Made by a program: the position numbers and the translations under genes
Source: Curvularia clavata
Taxonomy: Eukaryota
Direction: 5' to 3'
Length of the DNA: 64,000 bases
Assembly (NCBI GenBank): GCA_023920165.1
Contig: CP089276.1
Coordinates: forward strand, 1,860,001 to 1,924,000
Notes under the pieces: model-generated
Told to the model about the DNA's origin: nothing
The model's database searches: none
What the model saw: the letters and a program-made list of their open reading frames with translations, nothing else
Shown: in pieces, positions 36,801-49,946 of the stretch
How positions within the stretch are numbered: position 1 is the first letter of the stretch
How the letters are laid out: each line of letters begins with the position of its first letter

Positions 36801-36875
36801 GATGATGTTGTTGCTGAAGATGATGGAGATGAGTACGATGATGACATTGAGGAAGAGATGCTAATGGATCTGTGA
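33820..36875 (+). CDS. MutL-family DNA mismatch repair protein (MLH2/PMS-like)
   Basis: GHKL ATPase motifs VKELIDNALDA, DDGHGI, TSKI, GFRGEAL, GTTV. Transducer motif YDANVEPAK. Intron 34257-34318. Long disordered C-terminal half. Confidence 0.9.
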
Positions 36876-37089
36876 GGAGAGAAAGATTTGTGAGAAAAGA
36901 TGGAAAGAGTAATAATGTGGAGGATGCTTCGAAACTACGCAAACGGTTCAAGTCATATGAGTGTACTTGATCATCCAGTACGTCCTTTTTTTCGAACTTC
37001 CCTTAGCTATCCAACAGACATAGATCCTAGTATCCTCATAACCTCCAGTCAACAAGCCTGTTTTCTTTTCTTCTTTCCCTTCCTAACGC

Positions 37090-38566
37090 TTAAACCTCTC
37101 TAAAAGCCACTTCCTCCGGTAGCCTAAAGCTTGCACAAAACATCCTCTTCTTGGGCGCCACATCCCTCACATCATGCACGTGTACATCTTCCATATCCGG
37201 CGTGATCTCGTGGCCCAGCTGTCTGCTAATCTCCTCGCAGATACCCTTGATCTCAGCCACATTGTCGTCGCTCTTTGTGGAGAAGCAGTGGACATGGATC
37301 ATGGGCAGCTTTTGCTCTGTATGTGGAGCAAGCATCTTCTTGATTTCCGCGGCAGGCAGACCGGGGACGTTGGCGTAGAGGCCGATGAAGGAAGGAAGGA
37401 AAGTGATGGCAGAGGCAGGCAAGTTCATGACGTAGTGGGCGAAGAAACGGGGCTGAACAAGGGTCTTGATGGGCTCCGGCTGCTTATTTTCTTGAGGGTT
37501 GCTGCGGGAGACTTTAGTCTTGGGGTAGATGGGGACGCTGTGTTGAGAATTCTCGAGAAGGAGATCGGCAGATGCTTTGCGGATGAAAGCGCCGCCATCA
37601 GTGTTGAAGGAGCGGACAAAGTCGCCGACCTTGTTGATCTTGATGTTACCCACGAGCGAGTTATATGACTCCGGGTTGAGATCGTTGGCCCAGACAAAAC
37701 ACTTCTTCTTGCCGGAAGGGACGGCGAAGGGACCAACTCCTGCCATGACGTCGCAAATGGCCTCGCCTTCTTGGAATAGGTTGCAAAGGCGTTCGTGCTC
37801 AGTGTGCAGGCGCGTGTTCCAATAGACTTTGGCAAAGTCGAACTTGAAAGTGCAGCCTTGCTCTCGGAGCTCGACGTTCATGTCGTCAGGTCCATAAAGA
37901 ACCTCGTATTGGAAGGTCCTGAAGGCATTCTCTGTGCCCACATTGTCCAGCTTATTGATGACTGTCTTGACCATGGGGTTCTTGTCGGCTAGTACAGTCG
38001 CGATGAGGTGTTTGTACGGCCAGTATCGCTCGCGCAGGTTCAGATGGGCGACATGGCCGGCGAGTGCAAAGCCCTGGGGAATCTCGTCGTCGTGCTTGGA
38101 CTCTGGCGGGGGAATGGTAGCGCTCGTGATCTCCGAGTAGGTGAAGTAGTCGTAGTCGAGGTGCAGCTGGTAGGGTATGACACCCAATGTCCCATTCTGC
38201 TCGAGGTCGCGCAACTTAGAGGACCATGTGGTTCGATCTGCCTGGTTTCAGACTCAGCACTCAGATGTACCTGCGCACGCCGGGTGACTCACCAGTGTGG
38301 ACGACTTCTGGCCGCAGCAGCAGACACTTGACGCCCTTTTGCGCTTTCTCGGCGTCGGGATCCGCCCTAATTGGATCAACACGGTTGTTGGGGAGAGTGT
38401 CCTTGGAGGCCGTGAGTTCTTTGCGGCATCGCGAAATGTCCTTGGGGTTGAAGATGCGGGCGGCCGAGGTGGGGATGGTCTTTTGGAAGAAGCTGCGGTC
38501 CAGCACCTTCATGGCGCGGTTCACTGGGGGCGCGAACATGTCGTCGGTTGCTTCTGAGACGGACAT
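37090..38566 (-). CDS. TRM5: tRNA (guanine37-N1)-methyltransferase
   Basis: GHVAHLNLR, TVINK, FDFAKVYWNTRL.TEH, DVMAGVGPFAVP, ANDLNP, HYVMNLP, VRDVAP.K.MFC. Intron 38238-38292. Confidence 0.95.
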
Positions 38567-39166
38567 TGAAGCGTTGGACCGTGGCAGGGGTTGGGACGAC
38601 AGAGGCGGCGGTGGTGAGGGTAAAAGTCACAATGGCGGTGGTGGTGGGAATTATTTTCCAGAATGACGCAGCGTCAGGGTCCCCAGTCCAGGCCCCGTCC
38701 GTCACCTGCCCCTCGAATGGCGGAGGCGTGCCGTACCTGCACATCGCTTCAGCCGCATCCTCGTAGCACAATATATTCGCAGCCCGGCTGCAGTTGTTTC
38801 TGGGCGTACCATTGTTTCGACAAACCCGCCAGGGTCTGCTGCGCGTTTAGAGAGCTGCCGGGGCGGAATGCAGGGTGCAAGGATCGCGTAATGCTAACAA
38901 GTTAAGTTGGTTGCTTGTCCCTGGACCGCGATTTAAACATCATAACAACCACCACCGCAAGCCCACGCTCCACCTCCTGACCCGAAAAAGAACATCCCCA
39001 TACGCAGCCACGCACCCCCCGACTGCCCCCCGACTGCCCCAGTCGCCGCCCATGAAGTCTCACAGCGACTGCCTCTGACCGTTGCTGCAACCGACCGCTT
39101 TCGCTGCACTCTCCTTTACCCAGATACCCCGGATTTGCACCATCTGCCAGTTGGACAGCACCCACC

Positions 39167-42100
39167 ATGGCGTCCGGAGGAGGCGGCAACATCAAGGTCG
39201 TGGTGCGATGCCGGCCCTTCAATGGACGAGGTATGCAGCTCGCCAGCTCTCTCATGTCATGTCATGGTGCTGTGGCTAACACCAAGCAGAAAAGGCGCGC
39301 AATGCACAATGTATCGTGCAGATGAAAGGCGACCAGACCATTCTCTCCCCGCCCACAAACTCCGACGTCAAGGGAAAAGCCGCCAAAGCCGCCGCTGAGG
39401 GCGTAAAAACATTCGCCTTCGACAGGTCATACTGGTCCTTCGACCGCGACGCCCCCAACTATGCCGGCCAAGACAACCTCCACGAAGACCTCGGCAAGCC
39501 GCTGCTCGACAACGCCTTCCAAGGCTACAACAACTGTATCTTCGCATATGGCCAGACGGGTTCCGGAAAGTCTTATTCCATGATGGGTTATGGCCAAGAA
39601 TACGGCATCATCCCTAAGATTTGCCAGGACATGTTTGAGAGGATCAAGGGAATGCAACAGGACAAGAATTCAACCTGCACCGTCGAAGTGTCGTATCTCG
39701 AAATCTACAATGAGCGCGTCCGCGACCTGTTGAATCCCTCCAACAAGGGCAACCTGCGAGTCCGAGAACATCCGTCTACCGGTCCTTACGTTGAAGATCT
39801 AGCCAAGTTGGTAGTCCAGTCCTTCGCCGAGATCGAGAACTTGATGGACGAAGGAAACAAGGCCCGTACCGTTGCAGCAACCAACATGAACGAAACGTCC
39901 TCCCGATCGCATGCTGTATTCACCCTTACCCTTACACAGAAGCGCCACGACGTCGAGACAAGCATGAGTGGAGAAAGAGTAGCAAAGATTAGTCTGGTCG
40001 ATTTGGCTGGATCAGAGAGAGCCCAATCCACAGGTGCCACTGGCGCGCGGTTGAAAGAAGGTGCAGAAATCAACAGGTCTCTATCCACGCTGGGTCGTGT
40101 CATCGCGGCGCTTGCCGATCAGTCCTCAGGCAAGAAGAAGGCCCAAGTCCCGTACCGAGACTCCATCTTGACATGGCTTTTGAAGGACTCGCTAGGAGGA
40201 AACAGTATGACCGCTATGATTGCCGCAATTTCCCCTGCCGATATCAATTTCGAGGAAACACTATCGACTCTCCGATATGCCGACTCCGCTAAGCGAATCA
40301 AGAATCATGCTGTCGTAAACGAAGACCCCAATGCGCGCATGATCAGAGAACTCAAGGAAGAGCTATCAAAACTACGTTCCCAACTAGGCGGAGGCGGTGG
40401 CGGCGGTGGAGCAGGAGGCTCAAATGGCATCGTCGAAGAACAGTACCCACCAGACACGCCGCTCGAAAAACAGATGGTCTCCATCACACAGCCAGACGGA
40501 TCCACTAAAAAGGTCTCCAAGGCTGAGATTGCGGAACAACTGACTCAATCAGAAAAGCTTTACTCGGAGCTCAACCAAACCTGGGAAGAGAAGTTGCAAA
40601 AGACAGAAGAGATCCACAAGGAGAGAGAAGCTGCACTCGAAGAGCTTGGTATCAGCATTGAAAAGGGCTTCGTCGGTCTGTCAACACCCAAGAACATGCC
40701 GCATCTGGTAAACTTGAGCGACGATCCACTCTTGACTGAGTGTCTCGTCTACAATCTCAAGCCAGGCACCACAACCGTGGGAAACTCCGATGTGGATGGC
40801 CAAACTGCACAGATACGCCTGAACGGTTCGCAAATCCTTTCAGAGCACTGCAATTTTGAGAATGTGGACGGAAAGGTGACGGTCATACCTCAGGAAGGCG
40901 CGAGTGTCATGGTCAATGGTGTCCGTATCGACAAGCCAAGGCTACTCAAGAGCGGCCACCGCATCATCCTTGGCGACTTCCATATCTTCCGATTCAACAA
41001 TCCGCAAGAAGCAAGAGCTGAGCGTGCTGAAGTAGGGACAAGTCTCCTCCGGCAAACCGTCACCGCTGGTCAGCTCGGCGGCTCTCCATCTCCTGCACCA
41101 CGACCTGGTCACGACAGATCGTATAGCACAATCAGTGTAGCGAACAGCGACTTCGACTCTGATAGCCCGAGAGCAGGATCGCCCGCATTTTGGCAACGAG
41201 GGCGAGAGTCTGAATTCTCATATGCACGGAGGGAAGCCCTCACTGCTTGGTTGGGACCAGACAAACGCATTGAGAACCTGCCGGACGAAGACTTCGAAGC
41301 ACTCTACGAAGATCTCAGCAGGCTGCGCGAGACGCGCAAAGCACGGCCCGAAAGCCGGATGATCAGCGATGAGGGTGATACAGAGTCAATGTCTTCGTAT
41401 CCGGTTAGGGAAAAGTATGCTTCTGGCGGTACTCTAGACAATTTCTCACTCGATACCGCGTTGACCATGCCTTCAACTCCACATCAAGAAGGTAGCGAAA
41501 AGATGCAAGAAATACGGGATGACATGCAGAACAAGATAGACCAGCAAAAGGGCGACTTCCAGGCTAAACTAAAAGCTGAAGAAGATGCCAAGGTCGAGCT
41601 GGAAGAGCTGCGAGCTGCGAAAGAGCAAATGCAGAGGCAACTCAAGGCGCAAAAAGAAGCATTCCAACGCCATCTGAAAGAGCTTGGGCACGAAATCCCG
41701 CTCGAAATAGACGAAGACTTGGAGCTGCAGGCATCACAACCACCAAAAGACAAAGATGTACAAGACGAAAGACAGGTCGAGCTGATTCGCTCTGTCCTCA
41801 AACAATGGCGGCGTCGGAAATACGTCACCATGGCGGAAACTCTTTTGCAGAATGCCGCGATTCTCAAAGAAGCTCAAGTCATGAGCCAGCAAATGGACAA
41901 ACGAGTCGTATTTCAGTTCTGCATCGTCGACGTTGGCCATACGGTCCCTTCGTCCTACGACTTGGTAAACATGGGCATTCCAGGAGAAGACGACGAGCAC
42001 CTCGACAGCCAGTCCAAGCCCTGCGTTGGCGTGCGTGTAATTGATTTCAAGAACGAGGTCGTCCATCTGTGGTCATTACAGAAGCTCCGCGACCGTGTAC

Positions 42101-44118
42101 GGCGGATGCACCAGGTGCATCAGTACATGAACCGACCAGAATACTTTCAGCACTTCAATCCCGAATCGCCATTTTCTGATCCGTGCATGCCCGAGTTTAC
42201 ACGGATTGGCGATGTCGATGTTCCGCTTGCTGCCGTATTTGAGTCGAGAGTGCGAGACTTCAGCCTGGACGTGATATCGCCGTACACCTCCAACCCTATC
42301 GGCATCATCCGCCTATCCCTAGAACCTTCATCTGCCGAGGCGCCCTCGACCACGCTCAAGTTCAATGTTGGTATGCACGAAATGGTGGGATTCTCGGAGC
42401 GAGAAGGAACAAAAGTACACGCTGTGCTTTTTGTCCCCGGCATCTCGGACGAAAGTGGTGCAACAACTACGACTTGGATTACCGACTTTAACGAAAGCCC
42501 CATCCGTTTCGAGAGCGTGCATAGTATGAGCCTTCCTTACCCAAGCCCACGCGACACCTTCCTTCGGATATCCATCTTTGCCAAAGTGACCGACATCCAC
42601 CTCGACATGCTGCTCAGCTGGGACGACATGCGTGATTCGGCAGAGAAGCCTAAGCAAAAACGGCGTAATGCGCGTTTGCCAGAATCTGAGTTCTACACCG
42701 AAGACACGCACGACATCTTTGCCCGCGTACAGGTTCAAGAGATCACAGACGATGGCACTTATCAACCAGTCGAGGTCACCCAGAGCAGCGTTATGGACCA
42801 AGGTGTTTACCAGCTTCACCAGGGCCTTGCGCGTCGCATTGTTGTGAATCTTACCCATACCGCTGGTGAGACTATACAATGGGAAGGCGTGAAATCTCTC
42901 CGCATGGGTCATATCCGAATGGTCGACGCAGCAGGCAATTGCCCTAACTACGGCTCACCTGTCAAGGAGGTTCCAGTAGATCTCATCTCACCACCCATTG
43001 TTCGAAACAACGCAGATGGCACAACAAATGTCAAATTTGTTGGGCGATGGGACAGCACTGCACACGCTTCGCAGATTCTCGACCGCGCAACGAAGGACAA
43101 TTTTCGCGTTCGGACCACTCTGCTCTTCGACGTTGCGTCTTCCAAACTCATTGAACCGATGACCTTTTCTTTCGACCTCTACGTGCAGATCCGCGGTCGA
43201 TCATATATGCGTCCAACCTCACTCTTTTCCCTGTCGAGTATTTGGAACACGGTCAAGATTGTTCATTCAACAGTCGGAATCTTCAATGTGGCTATACGTC
43301 CAACATCTGTAAAGCGTGCAACAGATCTCTGGCGCATGAACACCAAGGATGACTACATCAAAGGCGAAGAGCAGCTTGCAGGCTGGACGCCCCGCGGCGT
43401 CTCGTTAGTGCGTGATTTCATCAACGTTGAGAAGCGCCGGCGCCGTGTTGCTGAGATAGAAACGGCCCGCTCCGTTCTTTCCTCCAAGGCCCTCAGTATA
43501 CCCACGTCCGCACTAGCGTCGTCGAAAGACAAGCCATTGAGCGATGCACAGAAAGCACTCCTTCAACGCATCATTTCCCTATGGAAGACTAAGAAGGCTC
43601 CAGCGGAAGTCATCTTAAATTCGACAAACCTCGAACCACCCACCAAGGGCGCCGCTTTCGCATCGCGTTCCTCTTCCCCCTCACCAAGCCCGACACCGAG
43701 CCTGACGGCTACCGTGCGCTTTATACCCAAGAACCCGAACCTCATGAAAGCGTCCTACCTCCTCACACCCGACCCAACAAACACACGCTGGACCCGGCGG
43801 TATGTTGAGCTACGGAAACCATATCTCCACATCTACTCCACAGATGGTGATGAGATCAACGCTATCAACATCAGCACTGCGCGCATCGACCATTCTCCAC
43901 AGATTGCGAAATTGCTTGGTGGAGGGCAAGATCAACACAGCAACAGTGCGAATGGAAGCGGGGGCGCGGGAGTGCACAAGGACGTCGTTTTTGCAGTCTT
44001 TGCACGATCGAACACGTACATATTCCGCGCGAGGAGTGAGAGGGAAAAGATAGAGTGGATTTTGCGACTGGATCAGAGTTATTTTAGCAGCGGGGAAGGC
44101 AGCGAAGAGAGCGCTTAA
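39167..44118 (+). CDS. unc104: Kinesin-3 motor (Unc104/KIF1A, UncA-like)
   Basis: MASGGGGNIKVVVRCRP, intron 39231-39289. P-loop GQTGSGKS, switch I NETSSRSH, switch II DLAGSE. FHA domain (PHLVNL..HIFRFN), coiled coils, C-terminal PH domain. Confidence 0.95.
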
Positions 44119-44658
44119 TCGATGATGGATCGTAGAAGATGCATCGGGTACCTTTTGCGCGCAATCTAACGTCTATTTCTTGATTCTGGTTTGATACAGC
44201 TGGTGGTTTTGGGGTGTTGTAAGATAGGATATCGTTTTCCTGACTTTGGGCGTTTGCTATATAGGCCTTTTTTGGGATACCCAGAGCACACTTGATGCTC
44301 GTCTGGCGCGATCACTTTAGAAGAGATCAATTCATACCTCTATTGCTACGTACATATAATTTCCTTGCATCTTTATCAAGCATTCCATTTTCCTCCTTCC
44401 TTAACCGATGCGACAGGGATTAATCGAAAGCGGCAACAACGGTGCTCGTATCCAATCGAGGATTTTGTTTATGGTAAGGCCGCCCCACAGACCCCTCTCC
44501 AACGCATCGCCGAGGCTAACACTTCACCGATACAGCTTAGGTACTCGTGCTGTGCCGCAGCTTCAAAAACCTGGAGCTGTAGAGGATGTTGCATTCACTG
44601 TATGCACACGTAACCAACAAGAGTAGTCTGTCTAAAAACGAACGGCCCATAACTCACA

Positions 44659-45962
44659 ATGGCAGAGACACAGAAAGAGAAGACGAGGCATGATCTGGAC
44701 GATGAGAAGCTTGGGAAATACCTCCAGCAAGAGATAGCCGGCATCAAACTACCCGTCACATCAACAAAGATAGGCTATGGCCAAAGCAACCCAACATATT
44801 TTGTCGACGATGCTGCAAAAACACGGTACATTTTGAGGAAGAGACCAAGCGGGGCCATCATCTCGCCCGTCGCACACCGAGTCGACCGTGAATACAATGT
44901 ACTCAAAGCGCTGGGTACAGTCGAAGGCTTTCCTGTACCAAAAGTATACTGTTTGTGCATGGATTCTGATGTTATTGGAACTGCATTCTACGTATGTAGC
45001 CATACCCTCTGGCATCAAAGTCAGCATCTTAAGGATGTCTCACTAACTTGGTGTTGAAAATTGAAGGTGATGGAATTCGTCCAAGGCCGGATTATCACCG
45101 ACCCCAATCTTGCAACTCTCCCAAAGGAAGACCGCCGCGCAGCCTGGGCATCTGTCATCTCCACGCTCGCCTGGCTTCACTCTATCGACCCAGACTCCAT
45201 TGGCTTGTCTTCTTTTGGCAAAAAGGAAGATTTCTACAGGCGGCACTGCAACACCTTTTCACGCATAGAAGCACAGCAGGCTCAGGTCAAAGACATCAAG
45301 ACTGGCGCCAAACTCGGTCGAGCCCACGCGCATTTCGACGAGATAGTCGAGTACATACGGCGTCATGCGCCAAGTGGCCGTAGCAGCATCGTTCACGGAG
45401 ACTACAAATTCGACAACATGATCTTGCATCCGACTGAGCCGCGTGTCGTGGCAATTCTGGATTGGGAACTGAGCACCATTGGGCACCCCCTTATGGATGC
45501 CGTATACCTTGTTAATTCGTACTGGAACCGCGCAAGCCGAAGTGTAGTACCTTTGCCTGGTGAGGCTGTGCAGGAAAAAGGTGATGAGAAGGAAGGATCA
45601 GCTTATGACAAAGAGAATTTGGAAAAGTACGGCATGCCAAGCATGGATGAAATCTTGGACGTGTATACAGAGAGGGCTGGGTGGGATCCTAGGAAGGATG
45701 GGTGGGAGGTTGCAAAGGTTTTCCATTTGATGAGGGTAAGGATTTCTCTAACCCCAAGCCGTTATAAAAAGAAACGCTTCACTAACATGACAAATAACAG
45801 GGGAGCGTGATAAGCCATGGCATTCAAGCCCGAACTATCAGTGGCCAAGCCAGCAGCGAGTTTTCGTACCTATACTTTGAGAATACTAAGCGTGGGCTCG
45901 ACGAAGCGCATCGTCTAGTTCGTGAAATGAAGGAGAAGGAAGCCGCAAGGAGCAGCCTGTAG
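44659..45962 (+). CDS. Aminoglycoside-phosphotransferase-family kinase (ACAD10/11 N-domain-like), putatively peroxisomal
   Basis: [40 protein letters not shown]. Introns 44992-45067 and 45736-45800. Ends -ARSSL*. Confidence 0.88.
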
Positions 45963-48054
45963 AGAGACAAGAAAAAAAACAAGAGACCATTACGCGTTGG
46001 ATAACGTTCTGATCTGCTTCGGAAATATTCGTAGCATTGTATCCAACATAGCCACAACGTTGCACGCATAGGTGTACTCCACAATCCCCAACCATACTTT
46101 GCTTCTCTCACTCTTGTCTCCTCTAAACCACACGGATACGTCACCTCCGTAACCGGGCAAGCACCATCCGACTCCACCCTACGCGTAACCTACCTCTCTT
46201 CCCCTTCACCTCCACATCCCCCCCAGAGCACCCACTTCCATTTCTCCTCATCCCCAACCACCCACTTAAGCCCCTCCCCCAAAAGCTCCGACAAACAACG
46301 CAAAAGACTTAAATAAAAAACGGGTCCCTGAACTCACACTAATCGTCACAAAAAAGATCCACGTTCAACCCGCCCAAAAAAACGGTCTCGGCCAAAACAA
46401 GCCAAGCCTGCTTGGCATTTCGCACAAGACCCTTTCTTCCCCTTATCGAGTTTGCTTCTCGCCCCAAAACAAGCAGCCAGCAGCGCTTGCCCAGCCCGCG
46501 CGCTCTAAAAAAAACAAGAAACTTGCATATGCATGTAATGCGCGTGCGGGCGTTTTGAAGGAAGGGGGAATGGGTAGGGTATGATCGACGGTTAGTTTCT
46601 CTCTGACGCGGAGGGAGAGGGGGATTTTTGGAAGGTGTATGGAAAGGATAAGGAAGAATTGGCTATCTACATACGGAGGTAGATAATGCGTTCGTTGGTT
46701 GGTTTGGGGGCGTGCTGGGCGTCACGGTACATAGTTACAGAGAGGTGTGCGTGTGCATGCATGATTGGGGAGAAAATGTCAAGTCTAACGGAGTGCTGCC
46801 GTCTGCGGCAAGTACAGTGTCGGCAGCGTGATTAGCACACTAGATAAGGGTCCTGGACGTTGTTTGGGGGGAGGGGGAGAGGCAGACGGAGAGATGTTGT
46901 TTTTTTGGTAGGCGGTAGTAACGTCGGTACGTAGTTACTAGGTTAGGTTCGCAGGTACATCGATGGCAAAGCAGACAGGGGACGGAGAGACACGGAGGTA
47001 CGCGCGCGGTATCCCGTTACGCTCCGATACATGCCAAGTGTGTTTGTGCGCTGGGGCGGAAGCGGACAAGGGAAGGGCGAGACGGTTGGTGTGTTTGGTT
47101 GGTGGGGGCGAAAGGGGCGAAGAGATGCAAGGGCGGACGCGGGCGAGGAGGTATGGTGCGGAGCGAATTGTAAGGAGGGCTTGTTCCTTGTGTGTTTGGT
47201 TCATGTGAAGATCGATTCTAGGCTCGATCCTGTGGACTTAGGGGGGAAACGCCAGCGCGAGGGTGCCCGCTTGGGTTGTTGCTTGGGGGTCTTGTCTTGT
47301 CGCCTTGTCGCCTTGTTTCCTTGGGACAAAAATAAGGCTGCCAACCTCGTGTGAATGAGAGGAAAAGAGGAAGATGGGAAAGAATTTCCCCATGATAAAA
47401 CAAAAACCAAACAAACAAAAAATAAGACGGGGAAGAAAGGAAAAATGAAAAGCACTGATGTATATGGGAAGAGGCAACGAAATCGCGCGTATGCATTTTG
47501 CTTCTTCTTTCCAGAATGTAGTGTGCTAAATCTATCAATTGACTGTACAAGGCCATGCTGAGGCACGATCTTAACAAGCTCGATCCCCCATCGCCCTTTT
47601 ATCCGCACACCCTACCAATTCTATATGCCTGGCGTAGCTATGCATGCTGCGCAAGCGAACCAGAAGAAAAAAGGTAATGTCCAATTTCGCTGCCGTCTCC
47701 CCAAATTTTTTAAGATTTCTAGACGCCGACGCTATGCCTGGAAGCAGAAACAAAAATGTAAAAGAGTGAAGACATAGAGACGACAAGGTGGGTTTGATTA
47801 CAAGAGGTCTAAAGGCCGGAGGGCTGGAATTATGGACCAGGGTGGGGGAGTCGAAAAAGCTTTGAGACCTGCTGGCGGCTTTGCAACAGATAAACAACGA
47901 AGGGGACAGGAAAAACAACCAATAAAACCGATGGGGTATAAAGAGCGTGACTGCTTTTGATCTCACGGAGGAAAAAAAAGGGATGTGTGAAAGTACAGCG
48001 GGTGAAATGAAGAAAAGGAAATGGACAACGCAAAGGAGATCTATGGTGTAGGAC

Positions 48055-49946
48055 TTAGTGGTCTGCAATGTCCTCGTCCATGCCGGGATAGATGATATCC
48101 GCGACGTAGATGGCTTGGATGTGCTTGAACAGGACAAAGCACCACATGGTGATGATGGCGATGGAAAGACCATTGCCAACAAAGAGAACTGTTTCATCTC
48201 TCAGGGCGTTGCCAATCGAGATGGTGGCAATGACGAAACCAGTGTTGGGGAACACCATGGCCCACCAACCGAGATGGAAGTAGACAGCCCATGAGTTGAT
48301 AACCTAGAGAGTTGTTAGGAATAGTACAAGCTAAGGGTATGTATGAGGACACTTACAGCGATGAGAGTGATCATGAAGAACCACATAGCCAGTACCCAGA
48401 GGAACAGGGCGACAACAAGAGCAAGTGTCCTGAGGAGCTTCGCATCGACGAGGCCGTCGCCCTGGAGGTCAAAGTCATCAGGGAGGGCGTTGGCCATACC
48501 GAGCAGGGCCAAGCAGGTGAAAGAGGGTGGTCCAACAGCGATGAACATGGCTCCTCGATGTTCACGGTCAGGGTACCCAACCTGCATGAGACGACCAATG
48601 TAGTGGGCGTACATGAGGATAGCGACCGTGAAACCCAGACCCTGGCATCCCAGTCCCGCAACGAGAATCGGCATCCTAGCAGACACTGGCTGTTCTTTGG
48701 CAATGACGGATGCGATTGTACCAGCAAGCATGATCGGGAAGATGGGCAGAAGCCACGAGGGCATAAAGCTGGTGAGCTTGTAGGTGTGGCTGCAGAAGAG
48801 GAACGAGTACTGGAAACAAGCCAGGCAGAACGTGATAAAGGTGTACGCCCAGAAAGCTGCCGCCATGGTGGTGATGGCCCAGGTCCGGTTTGGATGATCT
48901 ACATTATACGCTTCGATAACGTATTTCTGTGTGCCAGTGATGATGGTTGCGATGGACAGGAAGAAGGGACCGAGGAAGAGACCTTCACGCTCGTGGGAAA
49001 TGGACGCTTTGAAAGAGCCGGCGTACTTGGTAAAGCGGAGGATCATGGTCATGGTGACACCAGTGAACAAGAGAAGGTTGAGAATGTAGAAGATGGCACC
49101 AATAGTCTTAAGACCAGGGAAGGCATGGGGCTGGATGGCGATAAGCGTACCAAGACCACCAGTGGCCATGGTAAGAGTGTAGTTGGCCCACGTGTAGTGC
49201 TTCAGTCGTTCACCAAAAGTGAGGTAAGGCTGGTTGGGATCCTTGCGTCCGGGTATCTTGGTGTGCTTGTCCCATTCTGAATGTCCGCCGTGCTTGAGCT
49301 TCTCGAGATCGATTGAATCCATGTGAGGCGAGGATGGAGCCGGGGTTTGGAAAGGGTTTTCTGGCTGTCGCTGTTGCTCTTTTACATCAACAGGGTAGCC
49401 ATTGGCGTCCACCATGGTAGGGATGTAGGCATTGTTGGATGCATAAAGGGGCGCAGGTGTTTGGACCCATGTGTTGGAGCGACTTGTCTCACCAGAAGGA
49501 AGGAAGGCCTGGTTCTGCTGAGGGGCAGGGGGAGGAGGCGACGTGTACTGGTACAGTTGTGGAGGTGGTTGCTGCTGGGGCTGCGGTTGTTGGTACTGAG
49601 GCTGCTGTTGATACTGCTGCTGCTGTTGCAGCTGCTGAGGCATCTGTTCTTGTCGGGGACTGGGCAGACGAGTATAGTTGTTCACCTCCTGGCTACCCTG
49701 GGGAGTGTGGTGAGCGGACCGAGGACCGGATGGAAGGCCGGGTTGTCCTTGGCTTGGTGGTGTCTGGATCCGTGGACCAGATGGAAGCCCATAGGGGTTT
49801 GACTGTCGAAACTGGAGAGGATACTGAGATTGTGGTTGCGGTTGTTGTTGCTGTGGTTGTTGAGGGGAAGTAAGAGAAAACTGCTGATTGCTGTAGGCGT
49901 CCTTGTCGTCAAAGGACAATCCTTCTGGCTGATAACGACTTTCCAT
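48055..49946 (-). CDS. C4-dicarboxylate/malate transporter (Mae1, TDT/SLAC1 family) with a long Q/P-rich N-terminus
   Basis: ERLKHYTWANYTLTMATGG, EGLF, PSWLLPIFPIMLAG, QGLG, MFIAVGPPSFT, VFPNTGF. Intron 48304-48356. An upstream in-frame ATG exists at 50150. Confidence 0.9.

Noticed and set aside
48312..49280. 322-aa plus-strand ORF
   Set aside because: Antisense shadow of the Mae1-like transporter.
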